A stretch of 64,000 nucleotides of DNA from Candidatus Woesebacteria bacterium GW2011_GWC1_42_9 (GTDB taxonomy: Bacteria > Patescibacteriota > Microgenomatia > UBA8517): the NCBI GenBank assembly GCA_000995185.1, contig LCET01000001.1, positions 103,028 to 167,027 on the forward strand, written 5' to 3'. How positions within the stretch are numbered: position 1 is the stretch's first letter; every line of letters starts with the position of its first letter. This document shows, piece after piece, positions 9,551-19,560 of this stretch. The position numbers and the translations under genes are program-made. The notes beneath the pieces are model-generated. The model was given only the letters and a program-made list of their open reading frames with translations, searched no databases and had not been told where the DNA came from.

Positions 9551-10831
9551 AAATTGTTTTATGTTAACGAGGGTGTAGTCATTAGGAATATTTTTTGTCA
9601 ATTGCGCACTGTCAACAATAATCGTACTTTCTTCAATTTTGTTAGGAGCTTTATCCCAGTAGTTTTTATATTTGGGGGCATAATATTGGAATTGCCGATA
9701 AGTAAAACTACTTACAATGATAGTTTCTTCTAAGCTGTAGTGTTTAGCAACATAATTAACTGGCGCAATTGACGGCGGAGTGAGTGAGTGTACTTGTTTT
9801 GCTTGAATTAGCCCTGTTTTAAAAAACATTGTAATAAAAATTATATATATGGGGATGACAATAATTTTGGAGAAATTTTGGGAAATTATCCCAAAAGCGA
9901 TGATTATAGGTGGAAGTAGGGGAAGAATATCTCTTGGCAATTTGGTACTGTAGAAAAATACCAGAGGAATTAGGTACGACAGAATCCAGACGAAGACAAA
10001 AAAAGAATTAAAATTTAATACCCTTTTTTTGTAAAAGGGAATGCCTGCAATAATTAATCCAATTGCTAGTGAAAAATATATAGTTAATGAGATTTCAAAA
10101 AGATGACTAATTTCGGTAAAGCGGCTGGATAAATTGTGAATAGTAAGGGAACCAATTGAATCATGGTCGGAAATATAAGCTACTTCAAGACGATATGAAT
10201 TAATGAATTTATTAAGACCAGTATCAAGAATTAGAGGAATTAGCCAGAAGAAGACGCCGCAAAGAAAATATATTATTGATTTCAAAAAAAGTAATATGCT
10301 CTTTTTATATAGAACGATGAATGCAATTAAGGAAATTAGAATTGTATATTCTGCAAATCGGACACCAAGGGTAATTCCCGCTAGAAAGCTCCCTAATAGT
10401 AGTGAATTACTTGAACCTTTTCCTTTGTGGATGAAATAAATCGAGATGAGACAAAAAGCCATTCCAGGAATATTTGATAGGGCGTTAAGAGAAAGATTCC
10501 ATTGGAGTGGAGCTATCATAAATATTGCAGACAGCGTTGGTGCGTTCGCTTTTGGTGCCATCTTCTTAATTAAGAGATAAAATGGGAATATGCTGAATGA
10601 TCCTAATATTGCACTCAAACTAGTTAGTGCCAGGGTGTCATTTTGAGTAAATAAATAAAGTAATTTTCCCAAAGCAATATATAAAATATATCCCGGAGGG
10701 TGTGGCTGGTGATTAACGACATTAAAATCATGAAGCCCCATCGCAAATTGCACGGAGTCCCAGTCTTCAAGCCAGGGCGACAAGAAAAAGACCCTTAGTA
10801 ATAGTGCTGATACAAATAGTATAAAAACCAT
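9485..10831 (-). CDS. DUF2723 (TMEM260-like) family GT-C membrane glycosyltransferase.
   Basis: N-terminal EDWDSVQFAMGLHDFNVVNHQPHPPGYILYIALGKL is the hallmark DUF2723 motif. A multi-TM body follows. Confidence 0.65.
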   Translation of the reverse strand: MVFILFVSALLLRVFFLSPWLEDWDSVQFAMGLHDFNVVNHQPHPPGYILYIALGKLLYLFTQNDTLALTSLSAILGSFSIFPFYLLIKKMAPKANAPTLSAIFMIAPLQWNLSLNALSNIPGMAFCLISIYFIHKGKGSSNSLLLGSFLAGITLGVRFAEYTILISLIAFIVLYKKSILLFLKSIIYFLCGVFFWLIPLILDTGLNKFINSYRLEVAYISDHDSIGSLTIHNLSSRFTEISHLFEISLTIYFSLAIGLIIAGIPFYKKRVLNFNSFFVFVWILSYLIPLVFFYSTKLPRDILPLLPPIIIAFGIISQNFSKIIVIPIYIIFITMFFKTGLIQAKQVHSLTPPSIAPVNYVAKHYSLEETIIVSSFTYRQFQYYAPKYKNYWDKAPNKIEESTIIVDSAQLTKNIPNDYTLVNIKQFSGPEEIFPRLPEISLYIFNYH

Positions 10832-12708
10832 GTTGCAAGCATTGTAAGTGTCGTGAAGGTAATTATCCTTCCATATTTATAGGATTCTGGATCGTATTTA
10901 AATTCTACATATTGGATATTCGGTTTTAGCTCGACGACTCTTAATCTATCTGGGCTTTCTTGAATTTCGACTTTTTCATCTCCATTTAAGTAGGCATTCC
11001 ATCCTGGGCTATATACTTCAGCGAGCAAAAGTACACTTTCGTGATAGTTGGAGGTGTCAATCTTGATGAAGTTCGGGGAGTACTCAGTTATGGGTGCACT
11101 TGCTCTTGGCTGGAGTGCTTCGTTAATGTATAGAAAGTAATCGTCAAATTTTTTTGCGAGAGTGAAACCTTTTCCAGTCAGCTGGTGAGGTGAAATGACA
11201 TATTTAACATTATATTTCCCCAAGGTTTTTGGATCTGGTTGAAGTTTTTGGAATTTATAGACGCCCGTAGGAGGGATGGGAAGTGAATAATAGTCCCAAT
11301 AGCTACCGACAAGTCCCCATGAGTGTTGATAGTAATTAATTTGCTGAACAGTGGTGTAGCCCTCTACGAGCTCCAAATCATGTTTAACTGCCAGTAATTG
11401 TGGTATGCATCTGTCAATGCAAAATACCCTATATCGAGATTTATCATTTTCGATAAAACTATAGAAGTCGCTTGATATTCCCTCCCTTTTCCCAGCAGGT
11501 TTAGCCAAAAAAGTCCAATAAAGTAGTAGTGATTCACAAACAGAGAGAATTATTAAAAGATATATAAACGGTTTTAGGTGCCTACTTCCGAGAAGTTTAT
11601 CTATTGAACTTCCGGCAAGAAAATGAGCGATAAGAACAATAATAAACCAGACTCTTGTCGGTACTCTCATAAGTTGATACCATTCCATCTGAATAAAGAT
11701 CGAGTAAAGTGGTGATGAATTTCCCAGAGCGACCAGGAGAAGGAAAGCTGTTGGTAGAATAATAAAAAGTTTAATTTTTTTATTAGCTAGGATAAAGCCG
11801 AGGATAGCCAGAGAGCTTACGCTAAGCCCTAAAGGGATCCATTTTTCTGTGTCTAATCCTTGTATCCCAGTGGTAGTTGTCCATGGGAGAAATACTGATT
11901 TAAGAAATTCTATTTTGGAATTCCAGATCGGATATATCTGAGGTTTTTCGGTCAGCAAATATCTAGTTGTAAGATTTTTCCAATCTAATTGTGGTAAAAG
12001 TGCGATAGCGGTTAGCCCAAATCCAATTATTGCACCAAAAAGATATGAAATGGCTCTGCGAATAGTATTTTTCTTGTGGATTATCGAATAAGACATAAAG
12101 AAATATGCTGAGGCAATTGCAGAAATCAAAAAAGTTACTGTATGAGTATAAAATAAACCAGCCATTGAAAGTGCAAGTAATATACTCCATCTCCATTCCT
12201 TTGTTTGAAAGAGTTTTAGAAGAGCTAACATCGTATATGGCACCCATGCCATTGCTTCAATTAGTCCGAAATGTCCTGCCTCAAAGTATCCGGCCATTTT
12301 GGGCGAGGTAATTGTAAAGATAGCCACGCATAAACTGGCAACTCGGGAAAATCTAAATCCTGCTTTAGCTGCCAAGTAGAATCCAATCCCTCCAAAAACG
12401 GTGTGAATAATGAAATTTATAAGAAAGGCAATTTCGATGGGCATAAATAGGAAGAGGATGTTTGGAGGATAAAAAAGTTGTGATTGGGGATCTGGCAGTA
12501 GCGGGGTACCTGAAAGGATTGTATTAAACCAAAGCGGGAAAGTATGATTTATCAAAATTTGTTTTTTTATAAATAAAATAATTGGCCAAAAAAATTCTTG
12601 AAGATCATTCCCTCGCTTTAGAAAATGGCTAGGATCTGCCCAAAGTGGAAGATTTGTAAATATGGAAGCCAGGATAATCGTCGAAATAATTTTTTTAGTA
12701 GTAAGCAT
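10795..12708 (-). CDS. YfhO-family membrane protein (GT-C).
   Basis: N-terminus FPLWFNTILSGTPLLPDPQSQLFYPPNILF and C-terminus VYSPGWNAYLNGDEKVEIQESPDRLRVVELKPNIQYVEFKYDP plus a terminal TM helix match YfhO architecture. Confidence 0.7.
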   Translation of the reverse strand: MLTTKKIISTIILASIFTNLPLWADPSHFLKRGNDLQEFFWPIILFIKKQILINHTFPLWFNTILSGTPLLPDPQSQLFYPPNILFLFMPIEIAFLINFIIHTVFGGIGFYLAAKAGFRFSRVASLCVAIFTITSPKMAGYFEAGHFGLIEAMAWVPYTMLALLKLFQTKEWRWSILLALSMAGLFYTHTVTFLISAIASAYFFMSYSIIHKKNTIRRAISYLFGAIIGFGLTAIALLPQLDWKNLTTRYLLTEKPQIYPIWNSKIEFLKSVFLPWTTTTGIQGLDTEKWIPLGLSVSSLAILGFILANKKIKLFIILPTAFLLLVALGNSSPLYSIFIQMEWYQLMRVPTRVWFIIVLIAHFLAGSSIDKLLGSRHLKPFIYLLIILSVCESLLLYWTFLAKPAGKREGISSDFYSFIENDKSRYRVFCIDRCIPQLLAVKHDLELVEGYTTVQQINYYQHSWGLVGSYWDYYSLPIPPTGVYKFQKLQPDPKTLGKYNVKYVISPHQLTGKGFTLAKKFDDYFLYINEALQPRASAPITEYSPNFIKIDTSNYHESVLLLAEVYSPGWNAYLNGDEKVEIQESPDRLRVVELKPNIQYVEFKYDPESYKYGRIITFTTLTMLATWFLYYLYQHYY

Positions 12709-12732
12709 TGTGTATAATCGACATGCAAAAAT

Positions 12733-15279
12733 ATGAAGAGTAGAGCAGTTCTCTTTCTGGCAATATTAGTTCCTATATTAATTGTTTTCAAGGCTTTTAT
12801 TTTTTCAGGAAATCGTTCTCTCGTTTATGGTGACGCTCCATACTTTACCAGTGAGGGATTAGAAGAATTATTATCTGAGCCATCGAGCTGGACGTATCGA
12901 GGTAATAATTTTGGGGAAGTTAATAACCTTCTTTGGCTCTCTCCATTAATGCTTTTATATGGGTTTTTACATTTGTTATTTGATTTCGGAAATGAGCTGA
13001 TTTTAATAGTCTTGTTTTATATTCCTTCGATACTTGCGGCTTTGGTGGGGACATTACTCTTTACTAGATTTTTAAAGCTATCGATAAAGGTACAATTTAT
13101 TACTTGTTTCTTTTACGTTTTTAATACTTTTTATTTATTAATAGTTGATGGTGGACAAGTGGGGATCGCATTGGCGTATGGATTGTTTCCTTTTGCGCTA
13201 CTTTATTTGGTTAAATATCTTAATAACCCTTCTCTGAATAGTTTTTTATTAGCCCTGGTATGGATTTCTTTGGTTTCTTTGGCAGACCCAAGATATGCAT
13301 TGATCGCGATTATTTTTAGTATCTTGTGGAATTTTTGGTCCTTCGATCCAAAAAAATTATTGTTATTACTCATAGCACTTTTTGGGATAAATATGTATTG
13401 GGTTTTTCCGTTAATAAAAACAGGGGGATTAACTACGGTATCTTCAGGAATGCAATTAATTAACTTCAAACATGGGCTCGCAGTCTTCCAGCCGCATTGG
13501 CCAGAAAATACTTTTGGAGTAATCACAGATCCGCCAATTTATTTTTATGGGATTTTCGGGCTGATTTTATTAGGTGTTTTATTAGGGAAGCATGGGCATA
13601 AACATAAAATAATATCATTATATTTGGTGTCCTTATTTTTGATTAAAGGTGGCTCGGGATTTTTAGGAAATTATTACAGTTGGATAATCAATAATTTCCC
13701 ATTTGCGGTATCCTTTAGGGATTCGACCAAATTTTCGGCTCCGCTGGTTTTATTTTCTGGAATATTAATTGGTTTATTAATTGAAAAAATTAATCGGAAA
13801 ATATTTTTGGCAGCCGTTTATCTTTATTTATTGTTTCTTCTGTCTCCCGCGATATGGGGATTAATGAATGGGGTATTGTCAGGTGGTTTAAATGACACTG
13901 ACATTAATAATGTTATTCGAGGCAAGACAGGGACCCGCTCAGTTTGGTTTCCAGAGAAATATCCTCTGGCTTACGAAACAGTTGATAACCAGGCGATAAA
14001 TGCAAAGGAGTTGGTTGATTTGCGTCCGATAGCTTCTATGAACGCAGGGACCTATGATAAATTTAATTTTTTACACAATGAAAAATCTTCAGAATGGTTG
14101 ACTCTTTTGGGGATTAATTATTTAGTTATTAATAAACCAGAAAATATTAATAATAACCAAAGAGAAGAGTGGAATAACCTCTTGGACTTAATTTCGTTGA
14201 ATAAAGAGTTTCGAGCAGTAAGCGGTGAAATTTATGAGATAACCTCTCCGTTGCCACGGCTATATGCCGCCGATCGTTTGTTAATAGTTGTTGGGGGAGA
14301 TGAAATATATAGTGAAGTTCCAAAATTGGCTGATCAGGCGGTAGTCTTTGTGGAAGACGGGAAATTTGATCCGAGATTACTCCAAGGGAAAGAGAAAGGA
14401 TCAGCGGTGCTAATTTTTAGTGGTAAAAAAGATATTGATTTAGAGATGAGCTTCTTACAGGAATATTTTATTTCCCCGAATAATCTGAAATATAACTGGG
14501 GGTATTATTCTTCGGATGATTATCTGCTTTGGAAATATCAACTTTTGATCAGAGATTTGAGTACCTTGGAATATGATTATGGGATTGGCACGCTTCTCTC
14601 GACTAACAAGAATGAAGAAATTTCCTATAACTTTACTGGACTTAATGATGGAGAATATGTACTTGCCATCAGGCAAATGGCAGTTAGTAATCCCGCAACT
14701 TCGGTGATAACCTTAGATCATCAACAGTGGGTGACCACTTTCCCTAAAAACAGTAAATTTGACTGGTTTACTGTGCCGGTGAAATTATCGGGTGAGGAGC
14801 ATCTATTCTCTCTGCAAAACGGAGAGGGCTCTCAGGTCTTTAACACCGTAGCTCTTATACCAAAGGAAGAATACGATAAAGCAATGACTCTGGCACAAAC
14901 ATATAAGGATCATTTTGGATCCATAGGTGGAAATGAATTAGCTTTAGAGGGAGTAAATAGTAATTGGCGCGAAATTCCATATGAAAAAATTAGTCCAACT
15001 TGGTATAAATTAGGGAATCCGAAAATTACAACCTGGATAGTTCTTACCGATAGTTTTCATCCAATGTGGCAGTTAAAAAGAGGACAGGTCGATCAGTTTG
15101 GTTCGTTTCCGGCTTATTCTGCGGTCAACGCCTTCTATATAGAGGATGATTGGAGAGATTTGGAAATCGTCTTTGGCGGTCAGAAGGAATTTCGCTGGGG
15201 CGTATATTATTCTGCCTTGACGATTTTGATGCTAGCCATTGTGTTTCTTTATCTCAAATCTCTAGACAGATATAATTGA
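12733..15279 (+). CDS. Large YfhO-like integral membrane protein (848 aa). It is the first gene of the 26-kb co-directional glycosylation array.
   Basis: Multi-TM N-terminal half. The C-terminus FHPMWQLKRGQVDQ...YIEDDWRDLEIVFGGQKEF plus a terminal TM helix is paralogous to the 6114 and 10795 C-termini. Confidence 0.55.
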   Translation: MKSRAVLFLAILVPILIVFKAFIFSGNRSLVYGDAPYFTSEGLEELLSEPSSWTYRGNNFGEVNNLLWLSPLMLLYGFLHLLFDFGNELILIVLFYIPSILAALVGTLLFTRFLKLSIKVQFITCFFYVFNTFYLLIVDGGQVGIALAYGLFPFALLYLVKYLNNPSLNSFLLALVWISLVSLADPRYALIAIIFSILWNFWSFDPKKLLLLLIALFGINMYWVFPLIKTGGLTTVSSGMQLINFKHGLAVFQPHWPENTFGVITDPPIYFYGIFGLILLGVLLGKHGHKHKIISLYLVSLFLIKGGSGFLGNYYSWIINNFPFAVSFRDSTKFSAPLVLFSGILIGLLIEKINRKIFLAAVYLYLLFLLSPAIWGLMNGVLSGGLNDTDINNVIRGKTGTRSVWFPEKYPLAYETVDNQAINAKELVDLRPIASMNAGTYDKFNFLHNEKSSEWLTLLGINYLVINKPENINNNQREEWNNLLDLISLNKEFRAVSGEIYEITSPLPRLYAADRLLIVVGGDEIYSEVPKLADQAVVFVEDGKFDPRLLQGKEKGSAVLIFSGKKDIDLEMSFLQEYFISPNNLKYNWGYYSSDDYLLWKYQLLIRDLSTLEYDYGIGTLLSTNKNEEISYNFTGLNDGEYVLAIRQMAVSNPATSVITLDHQQWVTTFPKNSKFDWFTVPVKLSGEEHLFSLQNGEGSQVFNTVALIPKEEYDKAMTLAQTYKDHFGSIGGNELALEGVNSNWREIPYEKISPTWYKLGNPKITTWIVLTDSFHPMWQLKRGQVDQFGSFPAYSAVNAFYIEDDWRDLEIVFGGQKEFRWGVYYSALTILMLAIVFLYLKSLDRYN

Positions 15280-15282
15280 AAT

Positions 15283-16569
15283 ATGTTAACGAGCCTTCGT
15301 GAATTTGGGTTCTCAGTTTTGAGGGCAAAAACTTTTCGACAGTCAGGGATAACCATGGTGGGGACTATTGTTACCGGGGTGCTTGGGATGGTGTTTTATA
15401 TTTTTATCGCACGAAGTCTTGGGCCCACTTCGTTTGGTTCATTTTCAGTAGCGATCAGTGTGATGACGATCATTGCTAGTTTTGGGGATGTTGGTACGAA
15501 TACCGGCTTAGTTAAATTTGTAGGCAAATACTATCGCAATGATGACGAAAAGGCCAAGAAATTTCTGAAGCTTGGTTTAGAAATTAAGATTTTGGTTTGG
15601 GTCTTGGTCTTGGCAATAGGGTTCCCGTTAACATCTTGGGTAGGTGGGTCATTATTTGGAAAACCTGAGCTAGTTGTTCCACTTCGGATTGCCTTGGTCG
15701 GGGTTGGTGGTGGGCTTTTGTATTCATATAGTGCCCACGCTGTTCAGGCAGTTCAAAAATTTTTCATTTGGAGCACTGTTGGTGTATCCATGAATGTTCT
15801 TCGTCTTTTTACGATGTTCGTTCTAATTTACCTTGGGCGATTAAATCTTTACACAGGCATCTGGTTATATTTTACGTTCCTTTTAGTTGGGTTTTTAGTT
15901 GGACTTGTATTTTTACCAAAGTTTCTATTTGTAAAAGGGGAGAAAAAAATTCTCGGGGAATTTTTGAAATTTAATAAATGGGTAGCAGTTTTTACGGTGG
16001 TGTCTGCACTGACTGCAAGACTTGATATGCTTATCACCGCTAGACTTCTTCCATTGGAAGAAGTGGGTATCTATTCTGTTGCCGTGAGCCTCTCAAGCAT
16101 TGTCCCTCAGATCGTCTATTCTCTGGGAATAGTTGCCGCTCCAAAATTATCCAGCTTTGGAAACAATGTCGAGGCTTTAAAATATCTCAAAAAATTACAA
16201 ATCTTTGTGGTCGGGCTAGCGATTGCTGGAGTAAGCATCGGTATTCCATTGTCAAGGATTATTATTCCGCTTTTTTATGGTGCAGAGTATTCAGGAAGTA
16301 TCGCTCCATTTGCAGTTTTATTATTAGCGCAGGCGGTCTTTTTGATCGCTGTTCCCTTTCATTCAGCAATTCTATATTACTTTTCTTATCCCAAATTGTT
16401 TGTGTGGATCACTTTTGGTCAGATGGTGATTGTGGGTACGCTTGGGTGGATCTTAGTTGGGATTTATGGGGCAATGGGCGTGGCCATTGCGATTCTGGTT
16501 AGTAATTTATTTAGTTTTACCGTTCCTGTGATTTGGGTCTACAGTAAATTTACTAAGCAGACTGATTAA
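15283..16569 (+). CDS. Wzx-type polysaccharide/oligosaccharide flippase (MOP superfamily, Polysacc_synt).
   Basis: About 12 TM helices. The N-terminus GTIVTGVLGMVFYIFIARSLGPTSFGSFSVAISVMTIIASFGDVGTNTGLVKFV is typical of this family. Confidence 0.65.
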   Translation: MLTSLREFGFSVLRAKTFRQSGITMVGTIVTGVLGMVFYIFIARSLGPTSFGSFSVAISVMTIIASFGDVGTNTGLVKFVGKYYRNDDEKAKKFLKLGLEIKILVWVLVLAIGFPLTSWVGGSLFGKPELVVPLRIALVGVGGGLLYSYSAHAVQAVQKFFIWSTVGVSMNVLRLFTMFVLIYLGRLNLYTGIWLYFTFLLVGFLVGLVFLPKFLFVKGEKKILGEFLKFNKWVAVFTVVSALTARLDMLITARLLPLEEVGIYSVAVSLSSIVPQIVYSLGIVAAPKLSSFGNNVEALKYLKKLQIFVVGLAIAGVSIGIPLSRIIIPLFYGAEYSGSIAPFAVLLLAQAVFLIAVPFHSAILYYFSYPKLFVWITFGQMVIVGTLGWILVGIYGAMGVAIAILVSNLFSFTVPVIWVYSKFTKQTD

Positions 16570-16571
16570 CG

Positions 16572-17420
16572 ATGACTACTATTACAGCTCATACTTTAGT
16601 TAAAAACGAGGCTAGATTTGTTTGGTTTTCGGTCATGTCCGTGATTGATTATGTTGATGAAGTTTTGCTTTGGGACACTGGAAGTACTGATGGTACAATT
16701 AAGATCCTTCAAGAAATTAAAAAGAGATACCCAGCAAAGGTTAAGTTAAGACTTTTTGGATCTGTTACGCCGGAAGAATTTACAATAGTTCGCCAAGACA
16801 TGCTTGATGTGACCGAGTCTGACTGGTTTTTGGTTGTTGATGGCGATGAGATTTGGTGGGATGAGTCCATCAAGAAAGTCACTGACTTTATTAGGAATAA
16901 CGCTCAAAAACATGATGCGGAGTCAATAATTACTCCCACAATAAATTTAGTTGGAGACATTTATCATTATCAAGAAAAAGAGGCGGGACAATATAAATTT
17001 GGGAGGAGGAAAGGACATTACAACTTGCGCGCTGTTAATAGAAACATTCCAGGGTTATCTTCAGATAAACCGCATGGCACATGGGGGTGGATAGATAATC
17101 AAGGCAGGATGATTCAGGATAGAAATTCAAGAAAGATAATTTTTATTGACGCGCCTTACGTGCATGCGACCTTTTTAAGGCGGGCAGGGGATAATAGTTT
17201 AGACAAAAATGTGCCTAAACGTACTGGGAAATTGAAACATGAAATAGGGATTTCTTTTCCAAGCGACTATTTTTATCCAGAAGTTTTTTTTAGAGAAAAG
17301 CCGGACTTTATTCGGTCTCCTTGGGAAACGATGTCGAAATTTTTTTTTGTTCGGGCGTTAGTCGAGACTCCGCTTCGAAAATTTAAGCGTCGTTATCTTC
17401 CGGGTAAAATTGGATATTGA
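16572..17420 (+). CDS. GT-A fold glycosyltransferase (GT2-like).
   Basis: HTLVKNEARFV...DEVLLWDTGSTDGT and DXD (VVDGDE) motifs. Confidence 0.6.
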   Translation: MTTITAHTLVKNEARFVWFSVMSVIDYVDEVLLWDTGSTDGTIKILQEIKKRYPAKVKLRLFGSVTPEEFTIVRQDMLDVTESDWFLVVDGDEIWWDESIKKVTDFIRNNAQKHDAESIITPTINLVGDIYHYQEKEAGQYKFGRRKGHYNLRAVNRNIPGLSSDKPHGTWGWIDNQGRMIQDRNSRKIIFIDAPYVHATFLRRAGDNSLDKNVPKRTGKLKHEIGISFPSDYFYPEVFFREKPDFIRSPWETMSKFFFVRALVETPLRKFKRRYLPGKIGY

Positions 17421-18237
17421 AATGAAAAAATGTGTAGTTTGTGAGTCAAAACAATGTGAGGCTCTTTTCATTATTGATGAAGTAAAAATTGTCAGATGTA
17501 GGGATTGTGGTTTAGTGAGGACTTTAGGGAAGGCAAAAATTAGTTATAAGGAGTATCATCGAGATGATGATTACGCCAAACACGAACAGCTATTTAGAAA
17601 CATATTTCATAAACGCTTTGATCGAGTAAAGAGGTATAAAAAGGGCGGGAGAGTGCTTGATATCGGGGCTTCTACGGGGACAATGCTTCAAATATTTAAA
17701 TTCCATGGATGGGATGTGTGGGGAGTAGAGCCATCAAATAGTGCCGAGGGATTATCGGAAAAAGGTATTAAGTGTACGAATTCGACTTTTGAAAAAGCTA
17801 AGTTGCCAACAAACTATTTTGATGTTGTGATAATTAACCACGTCTTGGAACATGTAGAAAATCCTGTCAGTTTCCTTGAAAAGGTTAATGAAGTTCTCAA
17901 AAAGGATGGGATAGTCTATGTAGATGTTCCAAACTTTGATAGCTTGATTTCAATGATTCGCGGCAAGAATTGGAAATATTTATCCCCTGGTGAACATCTT
18001 TATCACTTTACTCCAAAAACTCTTGAAAATACTCTTAAGAGAGCTGGCTTTGAGATCATTTGGTGTGGGACAAGTTCGGGCGTGTTTGATGTTGCCAGGC
18101 CATTATTAAAATTAGCTTATGAAGCTAGATATTTAAGGCGCAATTTTCTTTTTGATATATTTCGGGTCCCGCTTGATATAGCCTCCCAAATCTCAAACCG
18201 CGGCGCAAGTCTAGCGGTGATCGCCAAGAAAAGTTAA
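17410..18237 (+). CDS. Class I SAM-dependent methyltransferase with an N-terminal Zn-ribbon.
   Basis: CVVCES...CRDCG gives a CxxC...CxxC Zn-ribbon. VLDIGASTGTMLQ (motif I) and VIINHVLEHVENP (Methyltransf_11/23). Confidence 0.75.
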   Translation: MDIEMKKCVVCESKQCEALFIIDEVKIVRCRDCGLVRTLGKAKISYKEYHRDDDYAKHEQLFRNIFHKRFDRVKRYKKGGRVLDIGASTGTMLQIFKFHGWDVWGVEPSNSAEGLSEKGIKCTNSTFEKAKLPTNYFDVVIINHVLEHVENPVSFLEKVNEVLKKDGIVYVDVPNFDSLISMIRGKNWKYLSPGEHLYHFTPKTLENTLKRAGFEIIWCGTSSGVFDVARPLLKLAYEARYLRRNFLFDIFRVPLDIASQISNRGASLAVIAKKS

Positions 18238-18246
18238 AATATAACC

Positions 18247-19560
18247 GTGAAGAAGATAATAGCCCTACTTTTCGGGGTACATTTGTATTTGCTCTATAAT
18301 CTTCAGTTTACAGCTTGGCCCGAGATGTTTTCCTATCCCTATCTAGCCAATAACGGATTTTCATTGTATGGGGACATGATCATGCCATACCCGCCGCTTC
18401 TTATTTGGACCCTTCAAATTATTTATGCGCTTTTTGGGTACAACGTTTGGGTTGTAAAAGTATTTTCGTGGGTATTAATATTGACAAGTGATGTACTGAT
18501 CTTCCAAATCACAAAAATTATTACAAAAAATGAAAAATATGCACTCTTCAGTTTACTTGTTTATGTTTTATTAGAGCCTTTTTTAGAAGGAAATATGATA
18601 TGGTTTGATAATGTTGTGGTCTTGCCAATTTTGGGTGGTTTTTTCTTTCTTCTTCAGAAGAGTTACAGAAAAGCTGGTCTTATGCTGGGGATATCGGCGC
18701 TTATAAAGCAAACCACTGGAATTTATTTAATTTTCTCGGTTTGTTATCTGGCGGTAAATAAAAATTATAGAAGCATCCATAAATTGTTATTATTCCCATT
18801 TATTTTAGGAGTGTTTTTATTGGTCTGGCTTATTTCTACAGGTTCGCTTGATTGGTTTTTGAACTGGTTAATAATTTTTCCATCCACCAAGTGGGAGAGT
18901 TTTCCGGGTTACGTTCAATTTATCTTTACAAATTTTAATAAAGAAGTTTTGTTTTTTCTTTTTTTACCTGCGTTATTTTTGCGGGATAAGCTTTTATGGT
19001 TTTTTTTGATCGGGGGGCTAGTTGCGATTTATCCTCGTTTTTCTTTTTTCCATTTTCAAAGTGAGCTTGCCATCCTTACAATTTCGTACGGATTAATACT
19101 ATCAAAATCTAAATATAAAACCTTATTTCTGCCGATTATTTTGGCGGTGTTATTAATAATTAGACAGACGGTCTCACTGGACTGGAGAAAAGAGACAAAG
19201 TTTTTTGGGCGATCTGACCTGGTGGTGGCAGGTTTGATTACTACTGAAGTTCCTGAAGGCAATAGTGTTTATCTATTGGGACTGGATTCTTCGCTTTATG
19301 CCCTTAGCGATCGTCTTCCACCGAAGCCATGGTTTGATAATTTTGGATGGTACTTGGAGATAGAAGGAGTACAGGACGAAATATTGAAGCATTGGCAGGA
19401 AGACCAACCCAACTATATTATTTGGCGCACGCCAAGTCGTGGAAATTGGTTTGATCTTGGAGTCTATCAGCCTCGAAAAATTACAAATTGGATCGAGCTC
19501 TATTATACTAAGGATAAAGAGATAAGTTCAGGCATATTTTTATGGAAAAAAAGAAGCTAA
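18247..19560 (+). CDS. Polytopic membrane protein, putative GT-C-type glycosyltransferase.
   Basis: About 11 hydrophobic helices. Sits in a glycosylation operon. No specific family motif seen. Confidence 0.45.
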   Translation: MKKIIALLFGVHLYLLYNLQFTAWPEMFSYPYLANNGFSLYGDMIMPYPPLLIWTLQIIYALFGYNVWVVKVFSWVLILTSDVLIFQITKIITKNEKYALFSLLVYVLLEPFLEGNMIWFDNVVVLPILGGFFFLLQKSYRKAGLMLGISALIKQTTGIYLIFSVCYLAVNKNYRSIHKLLLFPFILGVFLLVWLISTGSLDWFLNWLIIFPSTKWESFPGYVQFIFTNFNKEVLFFLFLPALFLRDKLLWFFLIGGLVAIYPRFSFFHFQSELAILTISYGLILSKSKYKTLFLPIILAVLLIIRQTVSLDWRKETKFFGRSDLVVAGLITTEVPEGNSVYLLGLDSSLYALSDRLPPKPWFDNFGWYLEIEGVQDEILKHWQEDQPNYIIWRTPSRGNWFDLGVYQPRKITNWIELYYTKDKEISSGIFLWKKRS

